DNA of 63,410 bases, the filler included, from Octopus bimaculoides (taxonomy: Eukaryota): the NCBI RefSeq assembly GCF_001194135.2. It is 5 parts of 5 records of this genome, joined end to end, with 100 filler letters (N's around TTAATTAATTAA, not from the genome) between each part and the next. Parts side by side here need not be neighbours in the genome. Positions count along the whole stretch, not along the records: positions 50,288 to 57,583 come from NC_068993.1; positions 57,684 to 63,410 come from NC_068997.1; 3 more parts are not named here. One strand, written 5' to 3'. The notes beneath the pieces were generated by a model that did no database searches, had not been told where the DNA came from, and saw only the letters and a list, made by a program, of their open reading frames with translations. Below, one piece after another: positions 50,343-63,410 of this stretch. Position 1 is the first letter of the stretch. Every line of letters begins with the position of its first letter. The position numbers and the translations under genes were made by a program.

Positions 50343-53300
50343 TTACTATCTACGTAATCAAGCAGCCAGCACGCTCGTTCGCTCGCTAAACCTATTCATC
50401 AAACAAGCTCAGTTTTATCAGCTTCGTACATCTAGCTGTCTACCCACGCCATCAAGGTACAGAAAGTATAACATAACCGACCAATCAAGAAGGTAATTAA
50501 CCATCCAGATAGTCAGATAGCCAGGTAGCTAAGGAGGAGGGGCCCAGGTAGCTAGGGAACCAGGTAATCAGAGAATCAGTCGGCCAAGTGAAAGTAGCAA
50601 GCCTACAGTGTGTCCCATAAATAAAGCAGTACTTAACATTATATTCGTGCTTAATGATGTGTTGTTCATGGGACACCTAGAACTTTGCGTAAAATCTACA
50701 AGCGACACCGAACCAATGAGGAAGCCTCTACGCATATTTTATCTGCTAGAAATAACAGTCAAATTACTCCAAAATCACTCCCTGTCTTCTTTAAGAAATG
50801 AAGGATGCATTAGACAAATGCACGTAACTCCAAATATAAAAAAAGGGGAAAAAGGGGGAAAGGGGCCGCAGTTGAGATCATAAGTCTGCTGGATGGGGTT
50901 GACTGGGGATAGTGTGTACTCAACAATAGCAACAACATGCACGTTTCAGGGAAGTATCTTCTGACGGAGTTACTTGGCTTGCAAGAAATAGCAGCCAAAC
51001 ATTTCTCAAATCCCATTTACTGCCATTACAAAATGAAGGATATATTGCCTATTACAATCTTATGTAAAGCGTTTAAAAAACGAAAGCACACTTGTCCCTA
51101 TAAACGTGAAAGAATTCTGAGTTTAACTCTGTAATCTAACAAATCCCAAAAATGAATATCAGTTAACTGTACATGTTCACGGCACTTATTAATAGAAGAG
51201 TGGGCTAAGCTAATTAATAACACAAAACGGTTGACATGATGTTAGTTATCTTCTCTTCAGTAAAGAAGGCTACTACAAGATGCATTTATATATTGTATTA
51301 TTGTCCAAATGCATCTTTGATATATACAGTACCTAGCAGTAAATGATGTTGGGAAGTATAAACACTCTCAATTGATTTACGAATTAGGATTACTGTGTAA
51401 GAAAACTGGCTGGTTTATTATTAGTCATATCCACGAACTGATATGACTGCTCAGTTATTGAACCAGGTTTGGTAACTGTTGTACTGAATATTACAACGTC
51501 GTATGAATAAATCAGCGAATACACAAGTGTAATCTATACACATGGCATTATGAATGCGAACGGTGAAAGGTGGTCGGTGGTCAGTGGTCAGTGGTTTGTT
51601 TGTTACCTCGTCATTGGTGAAACGGATGTGCTCAGATTGTATGTTTAGCAATCCATTTGCCAGAGTAGAAGCAATATGTGGAATTGTGTAGAAAATACGA
51701 TTTCTAAAATATACTGCTTTCTTTGAATTACGAATTATCATGAGACAATAAACGATAGATAGATAATCTTTTATACATTCCCAATTTAATATATGGATAT
51801 CTAATATGCTAATGGTTCACGACTGACACTTGTTTTTGTTTTTGTTTTGAGGAGGGTTTTTTTCCTTTTTTTTTCTTTTTATGCAATTCATTTTCTAGCA
51901 CTGCTAATGCTTTTAGAAAATAGATGAATATACAATATTCCCCGTTCTTTCTCTTCTTCTACAAACATATCTGTAACCTGGAGACCACAAAAGGAATCAA
52001 TATATAATGTATCGGTTCCATCATTGTAGACATCGCCATTAGGTAAGAGATAAAACTTCCGGTGAAATGAGCCTGCTGTCTAGTTTCACTTCCGATTGCA
52101 GCCATTTTATGTCTTATTTCATTTACGACTTTTCATGTCTTTGAGAAGAGAATAGCTCAGATTCTGTCGTATTCTTCTATCTCTGTACATCTAAACTGAG
52201 TTTTGTTTCTGTGTAAATATCTTTATTAACAGTAATTCAAGTACAGCTTACTTTCAAATCCCGCTGAGATCAATATTGATTCTCATTCTCTTGGGATCAA
52301 TTAAAGAAAGTATTGATCCAGGGTGGTAAACTAGCAGAACTGTAAGAACATCAGATCAAATACTTTATGGCATTTGTTCTGGCTCTTTACATTCTGAGTT
52401 CAAATCCCACCATAATCTCCTCGGGTGATAAACACCATCATCTGGCACCCGAGGTGTCTTTTGCAGAGTTCACTCCCTTGTAAGTATTCAGACCCGGTTT
52501 CTGGATGCTTACCTTTTTTTCTCCTACTAATTTAGTTAAGGCTTTGCCGTCCCTCATGACTAAAAGATCAAAATCGATATCGAATATTATTGGTACTTAT
52601 TTTATCGATTCTTGTTTAATCGAAGTGAAATAAGCTTCCAGACACAAGATTTATAGTCTGAGTGTTGTAAACCATCAGTTATTAATTATCATTCGATTAT
52701 TCTACCATCATCATCATCATTATCCCCACCACCACCACCAATACATAGCGTATTAGAATTGGCACAAACCTCCCCCGCCACCAGAAACTTTGGATATTTT
52801 ATGACATTTGGGTCCTGGTTCCAGTCCATTTAGCGCCAGTAAAATGAGCATTTTTTTATTGGAATAAACTGTCTTTCTTTATTATTAACAGCGAAGATGA
52901 TATGGCGTAGCTGCAAGTTGAAATCGAAATTTCATTTAGCTGCGAAAATGGTAACACAGGAACAACGGTTACAGTTTGGTTTTGTTAACTCTTAGCACTG
53001 AGTGGAAAGAATTTGTATGAACATAGCTTTGTGAGAGAAGGATACCAAGCTGAATTATCTGACCCCCCCACACACACACACCTAAAACCGATGCCATTTT
53101 TAGCCTTGACGTTCCAACACAACCCGAAAGATTACGGGAGACTTCCTACATAAATGCTATTAGATTAGGCCTTCCATGTCAACAATTGGTATCACTGTGT
53201 AGCAGTTAGTACGTCTAAAGTATTCAGTCTGTAATCTTGTAGTCAGTTAGTTTGAAATGAAATAGAAGATGCGGAATTGAATCTATAAAAGGAAAGCGGT

Positions 53301-53579
53301 CTCGGTCTAGTTATTTTCAAGATGTTAGTTAAGACAAATATATATATATTTATATATTTATATATATATATATGCATACTCCTAATGCCTTTTTTCTTCT
53401 TGAGATTACGGAATTGATAAAATACGATGTCGACACACATAGATACGATCACACATGTCACTTCTAATTACCTTATCTTGTGGTATGTATTAGTAAACGA
53501 ATATTAGATGATATTGGCATGCATCTACCATCTAGTTTAAAAAGAGTTTATCTCACATGTCATTCGCATCAAATAGTAT

Positions 53580-53618
<39 letters not shown>

Positions 53619-55750
53619 ATAGAGATGCATACATAGATGCAGTTTCTGTTTATAGAATGAGAAAAGTGACATATTGTTTTACATTCACGATCTTTCATAG
53701 TGTTTAGTGATGTAAATGGAATTAAACGGTTTCAAGTGAGATTCAAAACCATTTATGGCTTCGGTTCAATGCGTGCATAAGAATTGCTGCCATAAGTCTT
53801 GTAACTAGTAATACAAGCTGAGCTAAAGAGATATCTTTTAAATAACTTGGCATACATAGTCAAGCATGACACGATTATTTCTAGCCAAAACGATCACGTG
53901 TCTATTCCTGAGTATATTACAGGTATTGTTATCTCAACTGATAACCGTACTTTTATTTGTATTGAAATATGTTCTCAGTCCCATTTAATATCGGCGTCTA
54001 TACATGAACCGAAAAGCTGATAAATTCTAACCCCTTATTGGTAGTGAGCAGTGATCCTGAAAGAGATAGACTATCAATGGCCCTATCTTCCTGTTTGTTT
54101 ATAAGTGTTATGAAGTGACTCCTCTTACCAGGGTAGTCATCTGCAGTAATATATAATTGTTAAGAGTTTCAAATGATAACTCTTCAAGTCTCAACTGATC
54201 CTAGTGAACGCAATACAGGAAATCTGCTGATACTTCATTTCTGAATAATGTATATGCTTTTGCCTGAATTTATTTGTTTCGACTTTAGATGAGTTCGATA
54301 AGAATCGTCAGTCATTTGTAGCAAAAAAAAACAAAAAAAAAAACAACTTATCTCTTATAAAATCTGCTTAGTTTGACATAAGTAAATAGAATAGTATGGA
54401 CAGCTTTATTTTCAACTTATCATTTTGTTATAAAGAGATTTTCACAGATCTTCTTTAAAATTTAGTAAGAATCGATAAAATACCTATAACTTATTTAAAA
54501 GATGGAATTCAAAAGATGAAATCAATGATAATTTCATTCTTGAATACCAACATTAGATACCTATAAAATGTTTCTAAAAAAAGATCATTTTCAAATCGAT
54601 TCTATAAAGCATCTAACAATATAAATAATACATAGGTATAAACACAATTGATTTTATTGATAAATATGACTATAAATTATAACAGATGTTTGCGTTGAAA
54701 TTTTTTTTCAGAAAGCAAAATAATTTGTTTCCTTTCTTTTTACATAAGAGCTTATATATTATTATTATTATTATCACGTAGAATCAATATAAGAATTCAG
54801 AACATAGATTTTAGAAATCACGGCATATAAATTTTAGATTTTCTTTTTCGTTTCCTTTGCAATATAGATGTGGTAAAAAAAAATCTTAAGAACCAATATC
54901 TTGAGGAATTTTGTCTGATTCATTTTTAGTTCCTGGTTATAGCTATTTCACTTCATTTCACTTAAGTTATGCAATTAATGTCGCTAGAAAAGGAAGGAAT
55001 AATAAATGAAAGTTACGAAAATAAATCTTCAGAATAGGTTGAGTCAAAACGTCAAGAAACTAATATAGATCTGAAAAAAGGTTGTTTCTTGAATGAAATA
55101 GCAATTCTGAGAATCGCTTCATATTTGGATAAAACGCATTCAAAGTTGCTTCTTGTGTTCTAGGAAGTTGAAATTCAGTAGATCTCTTGTTATATTTAAT
55201 CAGGTTGCTCTAACCATGAAAGGCAATTTCAACTGGTTCCTTCTCTCTTACTCTCTCTCTTACTCTCTCTCTCCCTCTCTCCCTCTCTCCTCCCACCTCC
55301 CTGACATTCCACTTTCACTCTTTCGCTTTCATTTCCATATCATTCTTTCACACACCTACATCCTTCTACCTGAGTTGCTTGCTAGCTAACTAACTAACTT
55401 ACTAACTAAGCACCCCCACCTCTCCCCCCAGTCGCTGTAAAGTGGTCTTTTGCCAAAATATACACTCAGGTGATAATAGTAGCTGTAACACAGATCACCT
55501 CTCACATACCTCCCTCTTCGTCTCTCCTCCTCTTTCTATCTACTTCTTCCTTCTACCCATTCTGGTTCTCTATCTGCCTATCTTTTTCTCTCACTCAGAC
55601 CGATTGTTTATTTAAGGAATTCAAGGAAGCAAACTGTAATAGTGGAATCGACGTGAAGAGCACCAACCAAAACCGGCACACGACCATCAAAAGTGCCACC
55701 TGCCTGCTGTCAGCAGTAGCAACAGCAACACATATACATACATACATGCA

Positions 55751-55785
<35 letters not shown>

Positions 55786-57062
55786 CTNNNNNNNNNNNNN
55801 NNNNNNNNNNNNNNNNNNNNNNNNNNNNNNNNNNNNNNNNNNNNTATATATATATATATATATATATATATGCAATATCTTTTATGAGTTATAGAAGTAG
55901 GAGTTAAAAGGCTAGGTAGATAGTGTTGGAATTTGATCTAAGTCTGTTGCATAACCGTGTAAGCTTTGTGTATGTGTGTGTGTGGGGGGGGTAACATACA
56001 CATATATACCCTTGTGAAAAGACATTTTATGTTTCTTATTTGGCCGATATGATGCTGGGCCTAATCAAATGATACCGGTTTCCTTTTTCACGGAGAGACA
56101 AATACAGGCCTTTTTATTTTTAGAATGAGTTGTGATGTTCATGCCTACCCTCAAAGGTAATAACATTTTAAGTATGTGAGGTGAAAATAGTTTTTGCTGA
56201 AAATCGAAAGCAGGTCGTTAGGAATTGCTGCCCTAAGAACTTTTTGCATTAACAGCAGCGATAGTAACATTCCCCTAAATCACACCCTACGAACTTAAAA
56301 AGCAAGCGTAAGGAAACATACATTAGACAGTGTTGCGGCTGGAGAGCCTTATATCATAGGTCAATTGGATCTAAGCTGGCCTGGGGTTAAATAAACAACA
56401 CTAACAATAATATTTTTTGCGTAAATTCAGGGAATAATATCTAAAGAAATTTTGCGAAGTGAAAAAAAGAACTGTTTTAGGGTCCGGGGAGGAAACCCCC
56501 CTCGAAATACAGCAAGGTATGAAGTTTTGGTGGGGCTTTTGCGGGGAGAGATTCGTCATATAATCACAGGCCTAAACCCCTCTACCTAGCACTCCGGGAC
56601 CCCATAGATGTACCAGTTGAACCCCCTACTTCTTATGAGCCCTGACTGACAGGATAAAATCGCTTGGCTAACAAACTAAAGGGCAAGGATATTTGTCGTA
56701 TAGGTTACCTGAGATGTGTTCAGCAATAATAATAATAATAATAATAATATTTTCCACTAGTCAATTCCCAATTTATGTGGCAGGATTGACGGTATGTTCG
56801 ATAGATTCGGCACCTGTAAATTACTGATTCGTTTTTCTTTTTATCGACCTCAACAAGGATCGAACACACATCAATGCACACCAGAAGAGTACAACACAAT
56901 TATTTTGCCTGCATCTGCTTTTTTTTATTATTATTATTATTTTTTATTATTTTACCAAATGAACCCATATCTTTCACCCCCATCCTTAATTCTAATGCGA
57001 ATACAAATAATATTCAGTTTACGAAAGGCGAAAGAAGTTAAACAAATAAATAAATATATAAA

Positions 57063-57069
<7 letters not shown>

Positions 57070-57154
<85 letters not shown>
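57070..57154. repeat. (AAT)n microsatellite
   Basis: Direct reading; runs into a gap. Confidence 0.95.
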
Positions 57155-57704
57155 NNNNNNNNNNNNNNNNNNNNNNNNNNNNNNNNNNNNNNNNNNNNNN
57201 NNNNNNNNNNNNNNNNNNNNNNNNNNNNNNNNNNNNNNNNNNNNNNNNNNNNNNNNNNNNNNNNNNNNNNNNNNNNNNNNNNNNNNNNNNNNNNNNNNNN
57301 ATATATATATATATATATATATAACACCGAACTCAAAAATGGTACGATCCTTGGTAGAAGTTAGTTATTTGGTTACACCTGGCCTTATATGGCATGGATT
57401 CGATAGCGTATCCTGAAGTCTTAGACTACTAACTACTTTGCTTTTAGTAAAGATGACAGTTGCTACAGGAATTCTTTTGCGTCTGTGTGCTTGGGGTTAT
57501 GGGTGTTGTTGTGTGTATGAATGTGTGAGTGTTTATGTATCTATCTCTATTTTTGTGTATATGACTCGTGATTATATACGTGTNNNNNNNNNNNNNNNNN
57601 NNNNNNNNNNNNNNNNNNNNNNNNNNNTTAATTAATTAANNNNNNNNNNNNNNNNNNNNNNNNNNNNNNNNNNNNNNNNNNNNTATGTGTGTGTGTGTGT
57701 GTGT

Positions 57705-58085
57705 CGGGGCTCTCCGTCGGTTACGACGTCGAGGGTTCCAGTTGAACCGACCAACTGAATAGCCTGCTCGTGAAATTAACGTGCAAGTGGCTGAGCACTC
57801 CACAGACACGTGTACCTTTAACGTAGTTCTCGCGGAGATTCAGCGTAACACGGAGTGTGACAAGGCTGGCCCTATGAATTACAGGCGCAACAGAAACAGG
57901 AAGAAAGCGTGAGAGAAAGTTGTGGTAAAAGAGTACAGCAGGGTTCACCACCACCCCCTGCCGGAACATCGTAGAGCTTTAGGTGTTTTCACTCAATAAA
58001 CACTCACAACATTCGGTCTGGGAATCGAAACCGCGATCCTACAACCGCGAGTCCGCTGCCCTAACTACTGGGCCATAGCGCCTCC
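57705..58085 (-). mobile_element. tRNA-derived SINE, family C
   Basis: Reverse complement of 47870-48249 over its full length. Confidence 0.92.
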
Positions 58086-58901
58086 ACACACACACATATA
58101 TATGTATGTGTGTGTGTGTGTGTGTGTGTCTGTTTCTGTGTCTGTGTGTGTGTTTGTGTGCAAAATGAAAATTAACATGAAATACAAATAGTATGTGCAT
58201 ATATATATATATATATATATATCGTTGCTATTATATTAAACTGTATGAATGTGTACGTTTTAATGAAATTAAACAGGTGTTAGTTAATAAGGTCATTCTA
58301 GTCTGGCATAATTGTTTTTATGAGTTGAGTTACAACTATTGACTCTCGCTTCCAAATCAACAAATTTTATAGTCATTCATAGTTAGACGTTAAGTAACCA
58401 CCTCAGCGCTCCTGACACAAGTTAAAAAGTGGTTCAAATACTAGCCAAATACCTTTCATGACGTCACCTGATTTATAGTCTTTGATCTTGAAATTGCTGT
58501 AACACCGACTGCGAGAATCCGAGCACAGCTAGGAAAATTGGTGCCAGTTTGTCCACTTATGGATATAAAATAGCAGCTTGGTGTGAAATATTACAACATA
58601 CGCGTGCGCACACACAGACATATACATGCACGCACATACGCACATATACGCACATGCGCACACACACACACATTCATCACATTCCATGGAATATTTTCTT
58701 GTAAGAATGTCCACACAAGCACACTCGGATACGAACACACTGAGACTAACTTGCACGAATACAGACACACTGATCATAAACAAGTAAAAAGACTGAAAAG
58801 AAAGTACCCAGGCTATGTTGCATCACCAAATCTTTCGCGCTCGCGCATGCACGCATACATATTATGCATGTATTATGTATGCATGTATGTATGTGTATAT
58901 G

Positions 58902-58956
<55 letters not shown>

Positions 58957-59164
58957 GTTTGTGTATGTAAGTTGGTAGGTAGGTAGATTGGTATGTAGGT
59001 AGGAAGGTAAATAGATAGGAAGATATGCATGAGTCAAGTATTTTCAAATCCACAAGTGTTTGAACCATCTAAAACTAAATATGGACATGAATCTATAATA
59101 ACAGAGTCAGTACTTACATTGAGACTGATGTTTTATGTGAGACAGAAGGGAAAAGAAAAATATT

Positions 59165-59375
59165 GGTTTCAAACTTTGGCACAAAACCAGTAATTTCGGA
59201 GAGGTGGAGATAAGTGGATTACATCGATCCCATTGCTCAGCTGGTACTCATTTTATCAACCTGAAAAGATGAAAGGCAAATCGGTCCTGACGGCACTTGA
59301 AGTTAGAGCATAAAGTAGGAGGAAATGCTTAGCATTGTGTCCGACGCGGTAACGATTCTGACAGGTCACTGCTAT
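59165..59375 (-). mobile_element. Degraded family B SINE
   Basis: CTGGTACTCATTTTATCAACCTGAAAAGATGAAAGGCAAA matches the family B reverse complement. Confidence 0.6.
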
Positions 59376-59564
59376 AGAAAAGGATAATGTTCAATAATGT
59401 TGCTGCTGTTTAACCTAAGGTCAATCTTGATTGAGCAGACCTATTATCAATGAGTTTCCAAACATCACTCTGTCTTTTAGTTTTGCGACTGCTTTGGACT
59501 TTATTACTGAAGATAACCAAACGCAGGAGTGGCTGTGTGGCAAGAAGCTTGCTTTCCAACCACA

Positions 59565-59741
59565 TAAACCTGAACTTGTAATCTAGATAGAGTAACTGCA
59601 GATTTCTCAATAGTTCAGCATAGGAATTCTCTCTTTCACTGATCTTCAGCTTTATGTTAACATCCACTGGGTAGCTAATTTCTACAACAGTGCACAGTTT
59701 CTCTTCTTCATCTCAAAACATTATATCAGGTCTGTTGTGCT
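59565..59741 (-). mobile_element. Restriction-like endonuclease fragment, near-duplicate of 61481-61657
   Basis: HNRPDIMF*DEEEKLCTVVEISYPVDVNIKLKISERENSYAELLRNLQLLYLDYKFRF. Confidence 0.85.
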
Positions 59742-59744
59742 CAT

Positions 59745-60650
59745 TTCCATAATTGACTCTTGCGCTGTCAATAAAGTGCTCTCAGTCTCTTCAGTGTTCC
59801 TTTCTACAGCCAATCTCACCTGTGTTTTCCAGCAACTTCAGTTATGGCTACATGGAATTGACTGTGTAGTCCCTTGTTGCATAATGCTTCTCCTTCATGT
59901 CCTTTTCCTATTTCTTCCTTCCCTTTTCCCTTTTTCTCTATTTTCAATACTCCCTCATTCCTAACTGACTATAGCAAGGTTTGGGACAGGTATCTCTTTA
60001 AGCTCCTGAGTTCGGTACGTACACAATCTTCCACACTTATCAGTCCCCTTCCTCCATTTGCTCTCTTGATGTATAGTCGATCAGTGTTTGTATGTGGATA
60101 ATGAGCTCCATGCATCGTTAGAAACTTTCTCGTCTTCCTGTCCGATTCCTTTAGCTCCTCCTCTGTCCATTTCAGGATTCCAGAGGCATACCGAACTACT
60201 GCGACTGCGCGCGAGTGTATTGCCGAAATTACGTTTCTGTAATTCAGCTTTGAAGCCAAAATGTTTCTTATTCGCCGTAGATACTCTTTCTTTGTCTTTT
60301 ATTTCTTATCTTTGTGTTTAATTCCATTTGCCTCAAATATTCTCAACTGGATTCAGGTTCAATTGTTTTCATGATTTCACCACTTAGCATACATACGTCT
60401 AATATCTTGACAGGCTTTCCTCATCTCATTACCATAGTAGCACATTTTGAGAATCCAAGCTCCATCTTGATATCATTCGAGAAAATCCGCACGGGCTTGA
60501 CGAGGCTGTCCAGTTCCATCTCACTTTCTGTGTGCCTCTTCAAGTCGTCCATGAATAGCAAGTGGATCAGTTCTCCTTTATCTCTTCCCAAATCATACTC
60601 CAACTTTGTCTTCTGTAGTATTTCACACAAGAGGATCATTGCCAGCACTA
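59745..60650 (-). mobile_element. R4/Dong-like reverse transcriptase remnant (C-terminal RT and thumb)
   Basis: HLLFMDDLK (RT YxDD-equivalent), GFSKCA, SKLNYRNVISAI...DRKTRKFLTMHGAH...DRLYIKRANGGRGLISVEDCV, NKGLHSQF. Confidence 0.88.
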
Positions 60651-60658
60651 TTATTATC

Positions 60659-60736
<78 letters not shown>

Positions 60737-60750
60737 GTTGTTGTTGCTGC

Positions 60751-60829
<79 letters not shown>

Positions 60830-60858
60830 GTTGTTGTTGTTGCTGTTGTTATTATTGA
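60650..60858. repeat. Compound (ATT)n/(GTT)n microsatellite
   Basis: Direct reading. Confidence 0.95.
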
Positions 60859-61289
60859 GTGAGAGAGCAGTGCATGTCATCAATGTGACACTGGGGTAAA
60901 ATATACGAAGCCCCTTATACCCATCATGACTACCCGTCTGATAAGGGTACACAAGGCACGTGCATCACAACCATATGTGCGCGACATGGTGATCTTATAT
61001 CAAGATAAACAGCACATGACCTTGCAGATCGGGTCCAGTTAGAATTTTCGTCATGTCGAGTAGCCCATTCTACTCAAAAGGTATGTATGTATGCATACAT
61101 GTATGTCATTATTCAGTTTATTTCAAGATTTCTTGCCAATAGAGAAAGAATCGGTTTCTAACCTAGATCCAAAACACCTTCATTGGAATTTCAACATCAA
61201 CGACAGGATATGTATGTATGTATGTATGTATGTATATGTGTGCAGATTTGTATGTTTTATGTATGTACTCTCATGCATATAGTTGCATA

Positions 61290-61740
61290 TCTAGACATGT
61301 TCATATATATCTAAATGATAAACATCTGGAAAGTTTTACACATTTTTACAGTTCCAGTGATGGATTGGATCTGTAGTCTTCGAATTAGCTTTCTCCTTTT
61401 TGATTTTGAGAAGCCTAATTTCTCAAGATTGGTATTTAGGCAATGTGTTACATATCCCAGGGCCCCAATAATTACAGGTATAAACCTGAACTTGTAATCT
61501 AGATAGAGTAACTGCAGATTTCTCAATAGTTCAGCATAGGTGTTCTCTTTTTCACTGATCTTCAGCTTTATGCTAACAGCCGCTGGGAAGCTAATTTCTA
61601 CAACATTGCACAGTTTCTCTTCTTCATCTCAAAACATTATATCAGGTCTGTTGTGCTGACATTTTATTGAGATCTTCGCTGGGACATTCCCCTCGTATTC
61701 TTTTTCATTATGAGTGGCTATGGTTTCAAATGAAAGATAA
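61290..61740 (-). mobile_element. 3' end of an RLE-type non-LTR retrotransposon
   Basis: CQHNRPDIMF*...RNLQLLYLDYKFRFIPVIIGALGYVTHCLNTNLEKLGF...GTVKMCKTFQMFII*. Confidence 0.85.
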
Positions 61741-61864
61741 ACAACGCATACATACATACATACATACATACATACATACATACATACATACATACATACA
61801 TAGTGGCGGACTGGCCAGTTTGCCAGCTTGCCCGATGGCAAGTGAGTCCCTGCGCCATTAGAGT

Positions 61865-62210
61865 CCATATATGAGAGCCCATATTAGATCGATGTCGGGA
61901 ACCTTGTTAAGAGATCTTGAACGGGGAGATCAGGAATAGAACTGAAGTGGAGGACGTCGTTGCCGAATACCAACATGCAAAGCTACGATGGGCCAGTTAT
62001 GTCAGACAATCGGCGCTCCCGTGCAATTGTCGAGTGGTATCTGCGCGAACGGAAGAGACCACTCGAAAGACTTCCAATCAGATAGGAAGATGATTTAAGA
62101 AAGATGCTTGGAACAACCGGCCAGAGAAAGGCAAGAACACGAGAGAAATGGAACAAATGCTGGGACCAACGGAGTCGACTTGGCAACAGACAGCCGATCC
62201 AGGTGATATA
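61865..62210 (+). mobile_element. RTE-clade LINE 3' remnant
   Basis: KLRWASYV, then shifted frame SDNRRSRAIVEWYLRERKRPLERLPIR*EDDLRK...RTREKW, matching the RTE pattern LRWAGHV...RP.GRP..RW.DD. Confidence 0.75.
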
Positions 62211-62274
62211 TATATATATATATACATGCGCGTAACGGAATCCTATTACGATTTTTTCTGTCTAAAATCAGTAT

Positions 62275-62418
62275 TCTTCTTCTTCTTCTTCTTCTTCTTC
62301 TTCTTCTTCTTCTTCTTCTTCTTCTTCTTCTTCTTCTTCTTCTTCTTCTTCTTCTTCTTCTTCTTCTTCTTCTTCTTCTTCTTCTTCTTCTTCTTCTTCT
62401 TCTTCTTCTTCTTCTTCT
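62275..62418. repeat. Long (CTT)n microsatellite
   Basis: Direct reading. Confidence 0.95.
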
Positions 62419-63095
62419 TTTTATACACCCACAGAGACATGCACACTTAGTTCGCCCACAAAAGATTCCCCCGCATACCTTCACGCACTCTCCAACGCAA
62501 GCCCCTCCACACAAAATACAAAAGCGAACGTCTTCAGTTTAGAATAAGGGAAAAGACGTATAACGTGAGGCCTTCCCCAAAAGAATTAACAGTCTCATTG
62601 ATAGCGTATGGCAGAATTAAAGAGTGGGTGTCTCAGAAGCTGCGTGTGGGTGTATCCATGATAGCACTGTAGCAATTTGTTCAGTCACAATTTCGTGTTA
62701 AAGAGCATATCATACATCACTAGTGGTATGTGAAAAATTGACAAGGTTAATCCAACCTAAGCCAAACCGCTTAGATACGCCGTATAATTATACGTCTACC
62801 TATAGTTAATAATTACATACTCATTAACTTACTTCCAGGCCGCCGGCAAGTAGCGATTGTTGGAATTGTGCTAGCTTAAGGTTTTTTAATGTTAACAATG
62901 TTAGTATACGAGGAAAATTATGGTGATATCTATGTAGTGAGTAGTAGTAATAAAGCTGACGTAGTTTTTTGACCATCGCTTGATGACGTAGTTGTGCTGA
63001 AGGTGATGCCTGCCTGATGATATCGCTTAAAATAATACTACTTTAGACAACTGATTGTGACTGCTACAGCGGAGAGGGATCTGCATGCGCTAGAG

Positions 63096-63316
63096 TTGTT
63101 CTCAACCATTTTTTCCCTATGGATTCCTCTGATTCCTATTATACTCGGGTGGGCCCTCATAGCCATTCAATGTTTAAAAAATCCTATTGTATTTTTATAA
63201 TTGAATATTATTAAGAACTTGTAAAAAAATTGCCCAAATATTTTGTTTATTGTAAAAAAGTATTACCATCTAATTTCATATAAATTTTAACAAGAAAATT
63301 TGGTTGAGAGTCACTG
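63096..63316. mobile_element. hAT-type MITE
   Basis: Ends TTGTTCTCAACC (left, eroded) and GGTTGAGAGTCACTG (right) resemble the hAT TIR CAGTGGTTCTCAACC; 8-bp flanks CGCTAGAG and CGCTAAAG differ by one base. Confidence 0.65.
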
Positions 63317-63371
63317 CGCTAAAGGATGCATGCATCCGCTGGAAATGTTTTGGTATATATGTGTGAATATC

Positions 63372-63410
<39 letters not shown>

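Noticed and set aside
51880-52110. Minus-strand peptide FYLLPNGDVYNDGTDTLYIDSFC resembling a Methuselah-type ectodomain or MORN motif
   Set aside because: Weak splice sites, no transmembrane region or repeat continuation, and the similarity is too short to support.
50950-52948. + strand exon-like segments (50950-51063, two 13-nt candidates near 52030 and 52476, and one near 52890-52948)
   Set aside because: They could not be joined into an open frame; they show how often splice-like sites arise by chance here.
55595-55687. Signal-peptide-like MVVCRFWLVLFTSIPLLQFASLNSLNKQSV on the minus strand
   Set aside because: It terminates at TGA immediately before the donor; at most an upstream ORF.

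Overview
AT-rich, repeat-dense, gap-riddled eukaryotic DNA. The SINE and transposon families point to a cephalopod, most likely Octopus; this is recognition from memory, not a database search. No complete gene can be assembled. The best host-gene evidence is one + strand coding exon (4239-4372) whose peptide aligns by eye with a divergent SH3 domain; several other splice-flanked segments are weak candidates only. Most of the window is fossil mobile DNA: three tRNA-headed SINE families plus other short dispersed repeats, three decayed mariner elements, three maT-like Tc1/mariner remnants, R4/Dong-like RT and restriction-like endonuclease fragments, one RTE fragment, three Penelope-like GIY-YIG remnants and a hAT-type MITE, among many microsatellites. 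The most unusual structure is a ~9 kb CpG-dense array (6736-15805) of G[A/T][A/T]C tetramers with higher-order units and repeated strand-polarity switches, one of them centred on an imperfect palindrome. Each Penelope-like remnant also has a degenerate hammerhead-ribozyme-like motif downstream on its own strand. Most long ORFs in the supplied track are artefacts of N gaps or simple repeats.
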